In this document: piece after piece, positions 22,502-33,431 of the stretch | Position numbering within the stretch: the first letter of the stretch is position 1 | Layout of the letters: every line of letters starts with the position of its first letter | Source: an uncultured delta proteobacterium | GTDB lineage: Bacteria > Myxococcota > Myxococcia > Myxococcales > Anaeromyxobacteraceae | Length of the DNA: 64,000 nt | Direction: 5' to 3' | Assembly (NCBI GenBank): GCA_963814585.1 | Contig: CAWFDF010000003.1 | Coordinates: 256,001-320,000, forward strand | The notes under the pieces: model-generated | What the model was told of the DNA's origin: nothing | Seen by the model: the letters and a program-made list of their open reading frames with translations, nothing else | The model's database searches: none | Program-made: the position numbers and the translations under genes

Positions 22502-23886
22502 CCGCACCGCGCTTCACCGCCGAGGAGCTGGGTGCCGCCACCGGCGGGCGCTGGCTCGATCCCCCGCCGGCCGCCATGGCCGGTGTCTCCACCGACACCC
22601 GCACCATCGCGCCCGGCTCGCTGTTCGTGGCGCTGCGCGGCGAGCGCTTCGACGGCCACGCCTTCCTCCCGGCCGCGGCCGGCGCCGGCGCCGCCGCCGC
22701 CGTGGTCTCCAGCGAGGCGGCCGCCCCGGCCGGCCTGCCACGGCTCCTGGTGGAAGACACGCTGCGGGCGCTGGGGGCCGTGGCCCACCATCACCGGCGC
22801 CGCTTCACGCTGCCGGTGGTGGGCGTCACCGGCTCCAACGGCAAGACCACCACGCGCGAGATGATCGCCGCCATCCTCGCCGAGCGCGGCCCGGTGCTGC
22901 GGACCGAGGGGAACCTCAACAACGAGGTGGGCGTGCCGCTGACCCTGCTCGGCCTCACCGGCCAGCACCTGGCGGCGGTCATCGAGATGGGCATGAGCCA
23001 CCCGGGCGAGATCGCGCGGCTCACCGCCCTGGCGGCGCCCCAGGTGGGCGTGGTCACCAACGCCGCCGCGGCCCACCTCGAGGGGCTCGGCTCCATCGAC
23101 GGGGTGGCCGACGCCAAGGCCGAGCTCTACGCCGGGCTGCCCCCCGGTGGCGTCGCGGTGGTCAACGCCGACGACGCGCGGATGCTGGGCCGCGCCCGGG
23201 CCTCCGGCCGCCGCCTCCTCACCTTCGCGGTGGGCCGCCAGCGCCGCGGCGACGTGGCCGTGCTGGAGGTGCTCTCCCAGGACGCCGACGGGATGCGCTT
23301 CCTGCTCGGCGTCGGCAACCGCGAGCTCCAGGTGAAGCTGCCGCTGGTGGGGGCCCACAACGCCACCAACGCCGCCGCCGCGGCCTGCGCCGCCATCGCG
23401 CTCGGCTGCAGCGACCAGGAGATCGTCCGCGGCCTTGCCGGCGTCCGGCCGGTGGGGCGCCGGCTGCGGCTGGAGCGCCTGCCCGGCGGCCTGCTGCTGC
23501 TCGACGACTGCTACAACGCCAACCCACTCTCCATGGTGGCGGCGCTCCGCACCCTGGCCGAGCTGGCCCGCTCCGAGCGGGGCCGCGCCCTGGCGGCCCT
23601 CGGCGACATGCTGGAGCTGGGGCCCGGCGAGGCGGAGCTGCACCGCGAGGTCGGGGCCGAGGCGGCCCGCCTGCCGGTGGCGCGGCTCTTCGGCTTCGGG
23701 CCGAGGTCGCGGGAGACGCTGACCGGGGCGCTGGCGGCCGGCCTCCCCGCCGACCGGACCTTCCACGGCGAGGACGTGGCGGCCCTGGCCGCGGCGGTGC
23801 GGTCCGCCGCCGCCCCCGGCGACGTCCTGCTGGTCAAGGGCAGCCGGGGCATGAAGCTGGAGCGGCTCGTCGAGGCCCTGCGCTAG
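22498..23886 (+). CDS. murF: UDP-MurNAc-tripeptide--D-Ala-D-Ala ligase
   Basis: Motifs STDTR, GERFDGH, VTGSNGKTT, NLNNEVGVP, DCYNANP, LGDMLELG and VKGSRG. Confidence 0.96.
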   Translation: MTAPRFTAEELGAATGGRWLDPPPAAMAGVSTDTRTIAPGSLFVALRGERFDGHAFLPAAAGAGAAAAVVSSEAAAPAGLPRLLVEDTLRALGAVAHHHRRRFTLPVVGVTGSNGKTTTREMIAAILAERGPVLRTEGNLNNEVGVPLTLLGLTGQHLAAVIEMGMSHPGEIARLTALAAPQVGVVTNAAAAHLEGLGSIDGVADAKAELYAGLPPGGVAVVNADDARMLGRARASGRRLLTFAVGRQRRGDVAVLEVLSQDADGMRFLLGVGNRELQVKLPLVGAHNATNAAAAACAAIALGCSDQEIVRGLAGVRPVGRRLRLERLPGGLLLLDDCYNANPLSMVAALRTLAELARSERGRALAALGDMLELGPGEAELHREVGAEAARLPVARLFGFGPRSRETLTGALAAGLPADRTFHGEDVAALAAAVRSAAAPGDVLLVKGSRGMKLERLVEALR

Positions 23887-25029
23887 ATGATCTACGAATT
23901 CCTCTACCCGCTCTCGGCCAAGGTCGGCTTCCTCAACGTCCTGCGCTACCCGTCCTTCCGGATCGTGGCGGCCGGCCTGACCGCCATGGTGATCGGCCTG
24001 CTGCTCGGCCCGGCCTTCATCGAGCGGATGCGCGTCCTCCAGTACGGCGCCAGCAACGTTCGCGAGGACACCCCCGACGGCCACCAGAAGAAGGCCGGGA
24101 CGCCATCGATGGGTGGCGCGCTGATCCTGCTCTCCCTCTCCGCCTCGACCCTCCTGTGGGGGCTGCTGGAGAACCGGCTGGTCTGGGCGGCCCTGCTGGT
24201 GACGCTGGGGTACGGCGCCATCGGCTTCGCCGACGACTGGCTCAAGATCTCCAGGCGGGACTCGAAGGGCCTGGCCGGCCGGAGGAAGCTGCTCTTCCAG
24301 GTGCTGGTGGTGCTGGCCGTCTACTACGGCCTGCTCACCGACTGGAACTTCCACGCCGACGCCCGCTTCCCATGGCTCTTCGTGGGCAGCCGCGTCGACA
24401 CCCACCTGACCCTGCCGTTCATCCCCACCCGGCTCTTCAACCCCGACCTGGGCTGGGTCTACCTGCCGCTCATGATCTTCGTGGTGGTGGCCACCTCCAA
24501 CGCCGTCAACCTCACCGACGGGCTGGACGGGCTGGCCATCTTCCCCACCATCATCTCGGCCATCACCTTCCTGGCGCTCAGCTACGTGGCCGGCTCCACC
24601 ATCGCCGGCTTCAGCCTGGCCGAGTACCTGCGCATCGTCTCCATCCCGGGGGCCGAGGAGCTGGGCGTCTTCTGCGCCGCCATGTTCGGCGCCGGCGTGG
24701 CCTTCCTCTGGTTCAACACCTACCCGGCGCAGGTCTTCATGGGCGACGTCGGCTCCCTGGCGCTGGGCGGCGGCCTCGGCATGCTGGCGGTCCTGACCAA
24801 GAACGAGGTGGCCAGCGCCATCCTCCACGGCGTCTTCCTCGCCGAGACCGTCAGCGTCATCATCCAGGTGGCCAGCTTCAAGTACACCGGCAGGCGGGTC
24901 TTCCGCATGGCCCCGGTCCACCACCACTTCGAGCTGAAGGGGTGGGCCGAGCCCAAGATCATCGTCCGCTTCTGGATCGTCTCGGTCATGCTGGCCCTGG
25001 TGGCGCTCATGTCGATCAAGCTGAGGTAG
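23887..25029 (+). CDS. mraY: Phospho-N-acetylmuramoyl-pentapeptide transferase
   Basis: Motifs KAGTPSMGG, GFADDWLK, SNAVNLTDGLDGL, FMGDVGS and APVHHHFEL. Confidence 0.97.
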   Translation: MIYEFLYPLSAKVGFLNVLRYPSFRIVAAGLTAMVIGLLLGPAFIERMRVLQYGASNVREDTPDGHQKKAGTPSMGGALILLSLSASTLLWGLLENRLVWAALLVTLGYGAIGFADDWLKISRRDSKGLAGRRKLLFQVLVVLAVYYGLLTDWNFHADARFPWLFVGSRVDTHLTLPFIPTRLFNPDLGWVYLPLMIFVVVATSNAVNLTDGLDGLAIFPTIISAITFLALSYVAGSTIAGFSLAEYLRIVSIPGAEELGVFCAAMFGAGVAFLWFNTYPAQVFMGDVGSLALGGGLGMLAVLTKNEVASAILHGVFLAETVSVIIQVASFKYTGRRVFRMAPVHHHFELKGWAEPKIIVRFWIVSVMLALVALMSIKLR

Positions 25030-25031
25030 CC

Positions 25032-26414
25032 GTGCCGACTCCACTCACCCTGCGAGGCAAGAAGATCACCGTGGTCGGGCTGGCCCGCTCCGGGCTGGCC
25101 GCGGCCCGCCTCTGCGTCCGCGAGGGGGCCTCGGTCACCGTGACCGACTCCCGCCCGGCCGCGGCGCTGGGACCGGCGCTGGAGGCGCTCGAGGTGCTGC
25201 CGCTGCGGCGCATGCTGGGAGGCCACGACCAGCGCGACTTCACCGCCGCCGACCTGGTGGTGGTCTCGCCCGGCGTCCCCATGACCATGCCGCCGCTGCA
25301 GGCGGCCCGCGCCGCCGGCGTCCCCATCTGGGGCGAGGTGGAGCTGGCCTCCCGCTTCCTCGGGGCGACGCCGCTGGTGGCCGTCACCGGCACCAACGGC
25401 AAGTCGACCACCACGGCGCTGGCCGGGGCCCTCTTCTCGGAGGACCGCCGCAGCTTCGTGGGCGGGAACCTCGGCACGCCGCTCTGCGAGCACGTCCTCT
25501 CCGGCCAGCCGGCCGACGTGGTGGTGGCCGAGCTCTCCTCGTTCCAGCTGGAGGGGATCGAGCGGTTGCGGGCGCGGGTGGCGGCCATCCTCAACGTCAC
25601 GCCGGACCACCTCGATCGCTACGACGGGCTGGACGGCTACGCCGCCGCCAAGGCGCGCCTCTTCGAGACCCAGCAGCCGGGCGACTTCGCGGTGGCCAAC
25701 CTGCGCGACGATCGGGCCATGTCCATGGCGGCCGCCTCCCGCGCCGCGCTCTACACCTTCGGCTTCGGGCCGCCGGCACGGGCCGCCGCCCGGGCGCCCG
25801 AGGACGGCAGCGGCGAGCTCTGGTTCTACCGCTACGCCGCCGGCTCACCGGAGCGGTACCGGCTCGCCAACCGCGCCCTGCGCGGGCGCCACAACCTCGA
25901 GAACGCCATGGCGGCGCTGGTCTGCGCCCGGCTGCTGGGCGTCCCGGGCGCGGCGGTGCAGCGTGGCCTCGACCACTTCACCGGCCTCCCCCACCGGCTC
26001 GAGCTGGTGCGGGAGCGGGACGGCGTCGAGTGGATCAACGACTCCAAGGCCACCAACGTCGACTCCACCGGCGTCGGGCTGGCGGCCTTCCCGGCCGGCG
26101 CCGCCCGGGTGGTGCTGATCCTCGGCGGGCGCGGCAAGCACGCCCCCTACGCGCCGCTCCGGCCGCTCTTCGCCGGCCGGGTCAAGGCGCTGCTCTCCAT
26201 CGGCGAGGACGCCCCGGCCATCGAGCGGGAGCTGGGCGGGGCCGCCGCCACCGAGAGCTGCGGCACGCTGGCCGCGGCCGTGGCCCGCGCCGCAGCCCTG
26301 ACCGCCCCGGGCGACGTGGTGCTGCTCTCGCCGGCCTGCGCCAGCTACGACCAGTTCAAGAGCTACGAGGAGCGCGGCGAGCGGTTCCGCCAGCTGGTGG
26401 GGGCGCTGCCGTGA
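25032..26414 (+). CDS. murD: UDP-MurNAc-L-Ala--D-Glu ligase
   Basis: Motifs VGLARSG, VVSPGVP, VTGTNGKSTT, ELSSFQL, DHLDRY, NDSKATN and LLSPACASYDQF. Confidence 0.96.
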   Translation: MPTPLTLRGKKITVVGLARSGLAAARLCVREGASVTVTDSRPAAALGPALEALEVLPLRRMLGGHDQRDFTAADLVVVSPGVPMTMPPLQAARAAGVPIWGEVELASRFLGATPLVAVTGTNGKSTTTALAGALFSEDRRSFVGGNLGTPLCEHVLSGQPADVVVAELSSFQLEGIERLRARVAAILNVTPDHLDRYDGLDGYAAAKARLFETQQPGDFAVANLRDDRAMSMAAASRAALYTFGFGPPARAAARAPEDGSGELWFYRYAAGSPERYRLANRALRGRHNLENAMAALVCARLLGVPGAAVQRGLDHFTGLPHRLELVRERDGVEWINDSKATNVDSTGVGLAAFPAGAARVVLILGGRGKHAPYAPLRPLFAGRVKALLSIGEDAPAIERELGGAAATESCGTLAAAVARAAALTAPGDVVLLSPACASYDQFKSYEERGERFRQLVGALP

Positions 26415-27589
26415 CGGCCGGCCCCGCCACCGCCCGGCGCCCGGCGCCGTTCGACTGGCTGCTGCTGTTCGCCATCCTGGTGCTCTCGGCCGGCGGCGCG
26501 GTGATGGTCTACTCCTCCAGCGCCATCACCGCCACCCGCAACCTGCACGACGAGTTCCACTTCCTCACCCGCCAGGTGGTGGCCTTCGCCATCGGCACCG
26601 GGCTGCTGGTCCTGACGCTGCGCCTGGGCTACCGGCGGCTCATCCCGCTCGCCTACCCGCTGCTGGCCGTCACCCTGGTCCTGCTGGTGCTGGTGCTCAT
26701 CCCCGGCGTCGGGCGGGTCGCGGGGGGCGCCCGCCGCTGGATCCCGGTCGGCATCGTCAACTTCCAGCCCGCCGAGCTGGCCAAGGTGGCGCTGGTCCTC
26801 TACCTGGCCCGCTCGCTGGCCCGCCAGCGCGACAAGGTGAAGCTGTTCTCCATCGGCTTCCTCCCGCACGTGCTGGTGACCGGCGTGCTGGTCGGGCTCT
26901 GCCTGCTGGAGCGCGACATGGGCACGGGCGTGATCATGGTGATGGTGCTGTTCACCATGCTCTTCGCGGCCGGGGCGCGGATCTCCTACCTGCTCGGCGG
27001 CGTGCTGCTGGCCATCCCCATCGGCTGGCGGCTCATCGCCGGCACCCCGTACCGGCTGGAGCGCTGGCTCGCCTACCTCGATCCCTGGGGCCACCGGAAC
27101 GGCGTCGGGTTCCAGCTGGTCGAGTCGCTGCTCGGCATCGGCAACGGCGGCTGGATCGGCCAGGGGCTCGGCCAGGGGAAGGGCAAGCTCTTCTACCTGC
27201 CGGCGGCCCACACCGACTTCATCGCCGCGGTGATCGCCGAGGAGGTCGGCCTGCTGGGGATCGGCGTCCTCATCCTCCTCTACGTGATGGTGGTCTGGCG
27301 CGGCCTGCGCGCCGCGCTGAACGCCGGCGAGGCGTTCGGCGCCTACGCCGCGCTCGGCCTGACCACGCTGATCGGCGGCCAGGCGCTGCTCAACCTGGCG
27401 GTGGTCTTCGGGCTCCTCCCCACCAAGGGGCTGACCCTCCCCTTCGTTTCCTACGGCGGCAGCTCGCTGATGACCCTGCTGGCCGCCGCCGGCGTGCTGC
27501 TCTCCGTCTCCGGCGAGCGCGGCGGCTTCCTCCGCCAGGGGCTGCAGGCGGTCCGGGTGGCGCCCCCGGCGGGCGCGGAGGCCGCGTGA
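26411..27589 (+). CDS. ftsW: SEDS peptidoglycan polymerase FtsW
   Basis: Motifs [29 protein letters not shown] and [14 protein letters not shown]. Confidence 0.96.
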   Translation: MTAGPATARRPAPFDWLLLFAILVLSAGGAVMVYSSSAITATRNLHDEFHFLTRQVVAFAIGTGLLVLTLRLGYRRLIPLAYPLLAVTLVLLVLVLIPGVGRVAGGARRWIPVGIVNFQPAELAKVALVLYLARSLARQRDKVKLFSIGFLPHVLVTGVLVGLCLLERDMGTGVIMVMVLFTMLFAAGARISYLLGGVLLAIPIGWRLIAGTPYRLERWLAYLDPWGHRNGVGFQLVESLLGIGNGGWIGQGLGQGKGKLFYLPAAHTDFIAAVIAEEVGLLGIGVLILLYVMVVWRGLRAALNAGEAFGAYAALGLTTLIGGQALLNLAVVFGLLPTKGLTLPFVSYGGSSLMTLLAAAGVLLSVSGERGGFLRQGLQAVRVAPPAGAEAA

Positions 27590-28731
27590 GGATCATGATC
27601 GCGGGGGGCGGCACCGGCGGCCACGTCTTCCCGGGCCTGGCGCTGGCCGAGGAGGTGGTGACCCGCCACCCCGGCAACGACGTGGTCTTCGTGGGGACGC
27701 CACGCGGCCTCGAGGCCCAGGTGATCCCGGCGGCCGGCTTCCCCATCGAGCTCATCGAGGTCCGGGGGCTGAAGGGGCGAGGGCTGCTGCAGTCGCTGCG
27801 GAGCCTGCTGCTGCTCCCCCGGGCCCTGGCGCGATCGATGCTGATCCTGCGCCGCTGGCGGCCCGACGTGGTGGTGGGCGTGGGCGGCTACGCCTCGGGC
27901 CCGGTGGTGCTGGCGGCCTGGCTGCTGCGGTACCCCACCGCGGTGCAGGAGCAGAACGCCGTGGCCGGGCTCACCAACCGGCTGCTGGGCCGGGTGGTCG
28001 ACGCCGCCTTCACCGCCTTCCCCGAGACCGGCGCCTGCTTCCCTTCCGGGAAGGCCATCCAGCTCGGCAATCCCATCCGGCGGCAGCTGCTGGAGAACCT
28101 CATCCACCCGGGCGCCGACCACGACGTCCCCGGCCTGCTGGTCTTCGGCGGATCGCAGGGGGCCCACGGGCTCAACATGCGGGTCATCGAGGCGCTGCCC
28201 CACCTCGCCGACCTGCGCGGCCGGCTCCGGATCGTCCACCAGACCGGCGGCCGGGACCGCGAGGCGGTGGTGCGCGGCTACCGGGCCGTCGGCTTCGACG
28301 CCGATGTGCGCGACTTCATCGAGGACATGGCCGCCGCCTACGCCGCCGCCGACCTGGTGGTCTGCCGCGCCGGGGCCACCACGCTGGCCGAGCTGACCGC
28401 CTGCCGCAAGCCGTCGATCCTCATCCCCTTCCCGGCCGCGGCCGACAACCACCAGGTGGTCAACGCCACCAGCCTGCTCCAGGCCGGCGCGGCGGTGATG
28501 ATCGAGGAGCGGGACCTCACCGGCGAGCTGCTGGCGTCGGAGATCCGCGCCATCCTCGCCCACCCCGAGCGCCGCGCGGCGATGGCCCGCGCCGCCGGCC
28601 GGCTCGGCAGCCCGGCCGCCGCCAGCGAGATCGCCGACTCCTGCGCCGGCATGAGCGAGCGGCGCTGGGGCTCCCGCTTCGGCCAGGACCGGGGCCCCGA
28701 CTTCAAGCCGGTCCGACCCGGCAACGCCTGA
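27586..28731 (+). CDS. murG: Lipid II GlcNAc transferase
   Basis: Motifs [34 protein letters not shown] and NHQVVNA. Confidence 0.97.
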   Translation: MRIMIAGGGTGGHVFPGLALAEEVVTRHPGNDVVFVGTPRGLEAQVIPAAGFPIELIEVRGLKGRGLLQSLRSLLLLPRALARSMLILRRWRPDVVVGVGGYASGPVVLAAWLLRYPTAVQEQNAVAGLTNRLLGRVVDAAFTAFPETGACFPSGKAIQLGNPIRRQLLENLIHPGADHDVPGLLVFGGSQGAHGLNMRVIEALPHLADLRGRLRIVHQTGGRDREAVVRGYRAVGFDADVRDFIEDMAAAYAAADLVVCRAGATTLAELTACRKPSILIPFPAAADNHQVVNATSLLQAGAAVMIEERDLTGELLASEIRAILAHPERRAAMARAAGRLGSPAAASEIADSCAGMSERRWGSRFGQDRGPDFKPVRPGNA

Positions 28732-28751
28732 CGGCCCACCCCGAGGAGCCC

Positions 28752-30128
28752 ATGACCCTGTTCCGCTCACGCCACGCCCGGATCCACCTCGTCGGCGTCG
28801 GCGGCATCGGCATGAGCGGCATCGCCGAGGTCCTCCTCAACCTCGGCTACGCCGTCTCCGGCTCCGACCTGAAGGGCAGCGAGACCACCCGCCGGCTCGC
28901 CGGGCTGGGAGGCCGCATCGAGCTCGGGCACGACGCCGCCCACGTCCGCGACGCCGACGTGGTGGTGATCTCCTCGGCCGTCCAGCGGGACAACCCCGAG
29001 GTGGTGGAGGCCCGCGCCCGGAAGATCCCGGTCATCCCGCGCGCCGAGATGCTGGCCGAGCTGATGCGGCTCAAGCAGGGCATCGCCATCGCCGGCTCCC
29101 ACGGCAAGACCACCACCACCTCGATGGCCGCCCACCTGCTGGCGCACGCCGGCCTCGACCCGACCGCCGTGGTGGGCGGCAAGGTGAACGCCTTCGGCTC
29201 CAACGCCAAGCTGGGCAAGGGCGAGTACATGGTGGTGGAGGCCGACGAGTCGGATGGCTCCTTCCTCCACATCTCCCCCACCATCGCCGTGGTCACCAAC
29301 GTCGACCCGGAGCACCTGGACCACTGGAAGACCGAGGAGGCGCTGCGGCAAGGCTTCATCGCCTTCATCAACCGGGTCCCCTTCTACGGCCTGGCCATCC
29401 TCTGCGTCGATCACCCGACGGTGCAGGGCCTCCTCCCCGAGGTGGGCAAGCGCTACGTCACCTACGGCGAGAGCCAGCAGGCCGACTACCGGGCCGAGCG
29501 GATCGAGGTCTCCGGACACGCTGTCCACTTCGACGCCTCCCGGCGCGGCCAGCCGCTGGGGCGCTTCGAGATGGCCATGGTCGGACGCCACAACGCCCTC
29601 AACGCCATGGCCGTCGTCGCCCTGGCCGACGAGCTGGGGATCGACCCCGACACCACCCGCGCCGCCTTCAAGGCGTTCCAGGGGGTGCAGCGCCGGTTCA
29701 CCATCCGGGGCGAGGCGGGCGGCGTCACCGTGGTGGACGACTACGGCCACCACCCGGCGGAGATCCGGGCCACCCTGCGCGGCGCCCGCGAGGCCTTCGG
29801 CCGCCGCGTGGTCTGCGTCTTCCAGCCCCACCGCTACACGCGCACCCGCGACCTGCACGACGAGTTCGCCACCGCCTTCAATGACGCCGACGTGCTGCTG
29901 CTCACCGACATCTACTCGGCCGGCGAGCCGCCCATCCCCGGGGTGACGGCGCCGGCGCTGGTCGAGGCGGTGCGCGGCTGCGGCCACCGCGACGCCCACC
30001 ACCTCCCCCGCGCCGGGCTGGCCGCCGCGGCGCGGGCCCGGCTCCAGCCTGGCGACATCGTCATCACCCTCGGCGCCGGTGACGTGACGCAGGTCGGCCC
30101 CGAGCTGCTCGGGCTGCTGGGCGCGTGA
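28752..30128 (+). CDS. murC: UDP-MurNAc--L-Ala ligase
   Basis: Motifs [38 protein letters not shown] and FQPHRYTR. Confidence 0.97.
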   Translation: MTLFRSRHARIHLVGVGGIGMSGIAEVLLNLGYAVSGSDLKGSETTRRLAGLGGRIELGHDAAHVRDADVVVISSAVQRDNPEVVEARARKIPVIPRAEMLAELMRLKQGIAIAGSHGKTTTTSMAAHLLAHAGLDPTAVVGGKVNAFGSNAKLGKGEYMVVEADESDGSFLHISPTIAVVTNVDPEHLDHWKTEEALRQGFIAFINRVPFYGLAILCVDHPTVQGLLPEVGKRYVTYGESQQADYRAERIEVSGHAVHFDASRRGQPLGRFEMAMVGRHNALNAMAVVALADELGIDPDTTRAAFKAFQGVQRRFTIRGEAGGVTVVDDYGHHPAEIRATLRGAREAFGRRVVCVFQPHRYTRTRDLHDEFATAFNDADVLLLTDIYSAGEPPIPGVTAPALVEAVRGCGHRDAHHLPRAGLAAAARARLQPGDIVITLGAGDVTQVGPELLGLLGA

Positions 30129-31036
30129 CCTGGCGCGGCGAGATCGCCCGCCGCGTGCGGGGCGAGTGCCGGCCCGACGAGCCGCTGGCCCCCCGCACCT
30201 CGATCAAGGTGGGGGGCCCCGCCGACCTGCTGGTCCGCCCGGCCGATCCGGACGACCTGGCCGTGCTGCTGGCCGCCGTCCGGGAGCTCGGGCTCCCGCT
30301 GGCCGTCCTCGGCGGCGGCGCCAACACGCTGGTGGCGGACGCCGGCGTCCGCGGCGTCGTGGTCCGCCTCCCCGCCGAGCTGGGCGAGGAGCGCTGCGAC
30401 GGGGAGACGCTGCTGCTCCCGGCCGGCGCCCCCATCGCCCGCCTCGCCTCCCGCGGCCACGCCCTCGGCCTGGTCGGCGCCGAGTTCAGCGCCGGCATCC
30501 CCGGCACGCTGGGCGGCGCCACCGCCATGAACGCCGGCACCCGGCTGGGCGAGATGAAGCAGCTCCTCACCCGCGTCGAGCTGGCCACCGCCGACGGCAT
30601 CGGCTTCGTCCCGGCGGCGGACCTCCGGCTCGCCTACCGCCACTGCGAGCTGCCGGAGGGCGCGGTGGTGACGCGCGTGGAGTGCCGGCTGCGGCCGGGG
30701 GACGTGGCGGCCAGCCGGTCTGCCATGGAGGCCGACCTGGCCCACCGCCGCAGCACCCAGCCGCTCCACCAGCCCAGCTTCGGCTCCACCTTCTGGAACC
30801 CGCCGGGGCGCCACGCCGGCCGGCTCATCGAGGAGGCCGGGCTCAAGGGGCATCGAGTCGGCGGCGCCATGTTCTCCGAGCGGCACGCCAACTTCATCGT
30901 CAACCTGGGCCAGGCCACGGCCAGGGACGTGCTGGCCCTGATCCGGCTGGCGAGGACGCGGGTCGAGGAGCGGTTCGGGGTGCGGCTCGAGACCGAGGTG
31001 AGGCGGCTCGGCCAGTTCGACGCCGGCGAGGTATGA
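30125..31036 (+). CDS. murB: UDP-N-acetylenolpyruvoylglucosamine reductase
   Basis: Motifs [33 protein letters not shown] and LETEV. Confidence 0.95.
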   Translation: MTWRGEIARRVRGECRPDEPLAPRTSIKVGGPADLLVRPADPDDLAVLLAAVRELGLPLAVLGGGANTLVADAGVRGVVVRLPAELGEERCDGETLLLPAGAPIARLASRGHALGLVGAEFSAGIPGTLGGATAMNAGTRLGEMKQLLTRVELATADGIGFVPAADLRLAYRHCELPEGAVVTRVECRLRPGDVAASRSAMEADLAHRRSTQPLHQPSFGSTFWNPPGRHAGRLIEEAGLKGHRVGGAMFSERHANFIVNLGQATARDVLALIRLARTRVEERFGVRLETEVRRLGQFDAGEV

Positions 31037-31077
31037 CCGGGGTGCAGCGCGGGCGCCGCGACGATTCCGGAGGGACC

Positions 31078-32004
31078 ATGGGCAAGTGGACGGGCAAGAC
31101 GGTGGCGGTCCTCTACGGTGGGCGGTCCTCCGAGCGCGAGGTGTCGCTCAAGACCGGAGCGGCGTGCGCCGAGGCCCTGAAGTCCCGCGGCCTCGAGGTG
31201 GCGCTCGTGGACGTCGGCCTCGACGTGGCCGACCGGCTGCGCGCCTGCGGCGCCGCGGTGGCCTTCGTCGCCCTCCACGGCCGCTACGGCGAGGACGGCA
31301 GCATCCAGGGGCTGCTCGAGTCGCTCGGCATCCCCTACACCGGCTCGGGCGTGCTGGCCTCGGCGGTGGGCATGGACAAGGTGCTCTCCAAGCTGCTGTT
31401 CAAGAGCCTGGGGCTGGCGGTGGCCGAGTACCGGGTCTTCTCCCCGGAGCGGGCCGCGGCGCTCCACGCCAGGGACTTCCCCTTCACCTTTCCGGTGGTG
31501 GTGAAGCCGGCCTGCGAGGGGTCCAGCGTGGGCGTCTCGCTGGTGAAGGACCCGTCCCACCTGGGCGCTGCCTGCGCCGAGGCCGCCCGCTGGAAGGGCG
31601 ACGTCATCGTCGAGAAGTACGTCAAGGGCAAGGAGGTGCAGGTGGCGGTGCTCGACGGCCAGGCCATGGGCGTCATCGAGGTGGTGCCGGCCAACGAGTT
31701 CTACGACTACGCCGCCAAGTACACCGCCGGAACCACGCAGTACTTCTACCCGGCCCGCATCTCCGAGGCCGACACGCGCAAGCTGCGGGAGGCGGCCGAG
31801 CTGGCCCACCGCGGCATGGGGTGCGGCGGCGTCACCCGGGCCGACTTCATCCTCGCCGCCGACGGCACGCCCTACATCCTCGAGGTCAACACCCTGCCGG
31901 GCATGACCGCCTCGTCGCTGGTGCCCAAGATCGCCGCGGGGAACGGCATCCCCTTCCCGGAGCTGTGCGAGCGGCTCCTCGACGGGGCCTCCCTCAAGAG
32001 CTGA
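31078..32004 (+). CDS. ddl: D-alanine--D-alanine ligase
   Basis: Motifs GGRSSEREVS, LHGRYGEDG, PYTGSG, MDK, GSSVGV, FYDYAAKY and LEVNTLPGMT. Confidence 0.97.
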   Translation: MGKWTGKTVAVLYGGRSSEREVSLKTGAACAEALKSRGLEVALVDVGLDVADRLRACGAAVAFVALHGRYGEDGSIQGLLESLGIPYTGSGVLASAVGMDKVLSKLLFKSLGLAVAEYRVFSPERAAALHARDFPFTFPVVVKPACEGSSVGVSLVKDPSHLGAACAEAARWKGDVIVEKYVKGKEVQVAVLDGQAMGVIEVVPANEFYDYAAKYTAGTTQYFYPARISEADTRKLREAAELAHRGMGCGGVTRADFILAADGTPYILEVNTLPGMTASSLVPKIAAGNGIPFPELCERLLDGASLKS

Positions 32005-32082
32005 GCGCACGCCCCGGCGTACTTCGCGCCAGGGCGCGGTCGCACTTGCGAGAGGCTCCCGGGAGCGGTGGGGCCCCGCCGG
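31957..32082 (+). repeat. Left copy of a 126-bp direct repeat (last 16 codons of ddl including stop, plus downstream DNA)
   Basis: Matches 35099..35224 at a constant offset of 3142, with two mismatches (32021 a/c, 32069 t/c). Confidence 0.95.
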
Positions 32083-32566
32083 GACCAGGGGAGCCGTCGA
32101 GACCCGGCAGCGAGACCACACGCGGCCCCATCGAGAGGCTCCCGGGAGCGGCGGGGCCCTGCCGGCCGGGAGCGAGCCGCGCAGCCCCAGCTCCGCTCGC
32201 ACCAGCGGACCGGCAGCTGGCGAGCGGGCGCGCCGCAGGCGGGACGAGCTCCCCGGCCCGGCGGGGCTCCACCGCGACCAAGGGAGCCGTCGTGCCCCCC
32301 GGCAGCGAGACCACGCGCAGCCCTTCGAGAGGCTCCCGGGAGCGGCGGGGCTCCACCGCGACCAAGGGAGCCGTCGTGCCCCCCGGCAGCGAGACCACGC
32401 GCAGCCCCATCGAGAGGCTCCCGGGAGCGGCGGGGCTCCACCGAGACCAAGGGAGCCGTCGTGCCCCCCGGCAGCGAGACCACGCGCAGCCCCATCGAGA
32501 GGCTCCCGGGAGCGGCGGGGTCCCGCCGGCCGGGAGCGAGCCGCGCAGCCCCAGCTCCGCTCGCAC
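32049..32566 (+). repeat. REP-like hairpin array, five copies of the core CGAGAGGCTCCCGGGAGCGG
   Basis: Cores at 32049, 32132, 32326, 32411 and 32496. Three near-identical units of about 85 bp lie in tandem. The core contains the palindrome GCTCCCGGGAGC. Confidence 0.92.
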
Positions 32567-32578
32567 AAGCGCCCGAGG

Positions 32579-32701
32579 GTGCCGGTCAGGCAGCGGGTGC
32601 GCTCCTTCCCGCGGCGACTCCGCTTCCTGGCGGCTCGGGATCCGGCCCTTTGCTCGAGGGTGTTCGGCCTCTTCACCCGGGCCGTGCTCGCCTGGCAGCG
32701 A
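32579..32701 (+). pseudogene. Fragment of an IS91-family (Y2/HUH) transposase
   Basis: Translates as VPVRQRVRSFPRRLRFLAARDPALCSRVFGLFTRAVLAWQR. This resembles the 'VPVRQWVLS.P..LR..LA' segment after the Zn finger of IS91-type transposases, recognised from memory without a search. Confidence 0.6.
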
Positions 32702-32802
32702 CCCGCCTCCCCACCCGACCGTCCACGGATGCTGACGTCATGCCGCCTCCCGCTCCCCTCGTTAGGATTGCCGTACGCTTCCATCCCGAAGGAGACAGCG
32801 CC

Positions 32803-33423
32803 ATGGCCAAGTTGACGATGACAACCTTCGTGTCTCTCGACGGCGTGATGCAGGGGCCGGGCGGGCCGCAGGAGGATGTGAGCGGCGGTTTCCAGCACGG
32901 CGGGTGGGTGGTGCCCTACTTCGACCAGGCTTTCGGCGAGTTCATGGCCTCGGTCTTCTCGCGACCCATCGCCTTCCTGCTGGGACGTGGGACGTACCAG
33001 ATCTTCGCCGGCCACTGGCCCAAGGTGACCGACCCGGACGACCTGGTGGCGCGGAAGCTCAACGGGCTGCCGAAGTACGTGGCCTCGCGGACGCTGGAGA
33101 GCGTCGACTGGGCCGGGAGCAGCCTGGTGCGCGAGGTGCCGGTCGAGGTGGCGGCGTTGAAGCGCACCCTCGGTGACGGCGAGCTGCAGGTGCACGGCAG
33201 CCCCGGGCTGGCGCAGACCCTGCTGCACCGCGGGCTGGTCGACGAGCTCAACCTGCTCACCTTCCCGCTGGTGCTCGGGAGCGGCAAGCGGCTCTTCGAA
33301 GGCGGGGCGGCGCCGGCGGCGTTCGAGCTGGTCTCCTCCCAGGTCTCCAGCACCGGCGTGGTGCTGACCCGCCACCGGCTGGTCGGGCAGCCGAAGTACG
33401 GTGAGGTCCCGCCGCCGATGTAG
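32803..33423 (+). CDS. Dihydrofolate reductase-like (RibD C-terminal domain) protein
   Basis: Motifs FVSLDGVMQGPGG..ED..GGF.HGGW, LLGRGTY, PKYVASRTL, VHGS, LVDEL and PLVLGSGKRLF. RBS AAGGAG. Confidence 0.92.
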   Translation: MAKLTMTTFVSLDGVMQGPGGPQEDVSGGFQHGGWVVPYFDQAFGEFMASVFSRPIAFLLGRGTYQIFAGHWPKVTDPDDLVARKLNGLPKYVASRTLESVDWAGSSLVREVPVEVAALKRTLGDGELQVHGSPGLAQTLLHRGLVDELNLLTFPLVLGSGKRLFEGGAAPAAFELVSSQVSSTGVVLTRHRLVGQPKYGEVPPPM

Positions 33424-33431
33424 TCGGGCGG

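Noticed and set aside
21006..26414. 1802-aa ORF as a MurE-MurD fusion
   Set aside because: It is an artefact of the murE frameshift running through stop-poor alternative frames of murF and mraY. murD has its own GTG at 25032.
32049..32566. CRISPR array
   Set aside because: The sequences between cores are near-identical rather than unique spacers, the period is about 85 bp and irregular, and no cas genes are present.
32729..32752. WYL/YafY-type operator upstream of the DHFR-like gene
   Set aside because: Only a left half-site (TGCTGAC) is present, with no matching inverted half.
32005..32802. Long ORFs through the repeat region (e.g. the N-terminal extension of 32068..33423)
   Set aside because: These are repeat-derived translations in GC-rich DNA. 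The DHFR-like gene has its own RBS and ATG at 32803.
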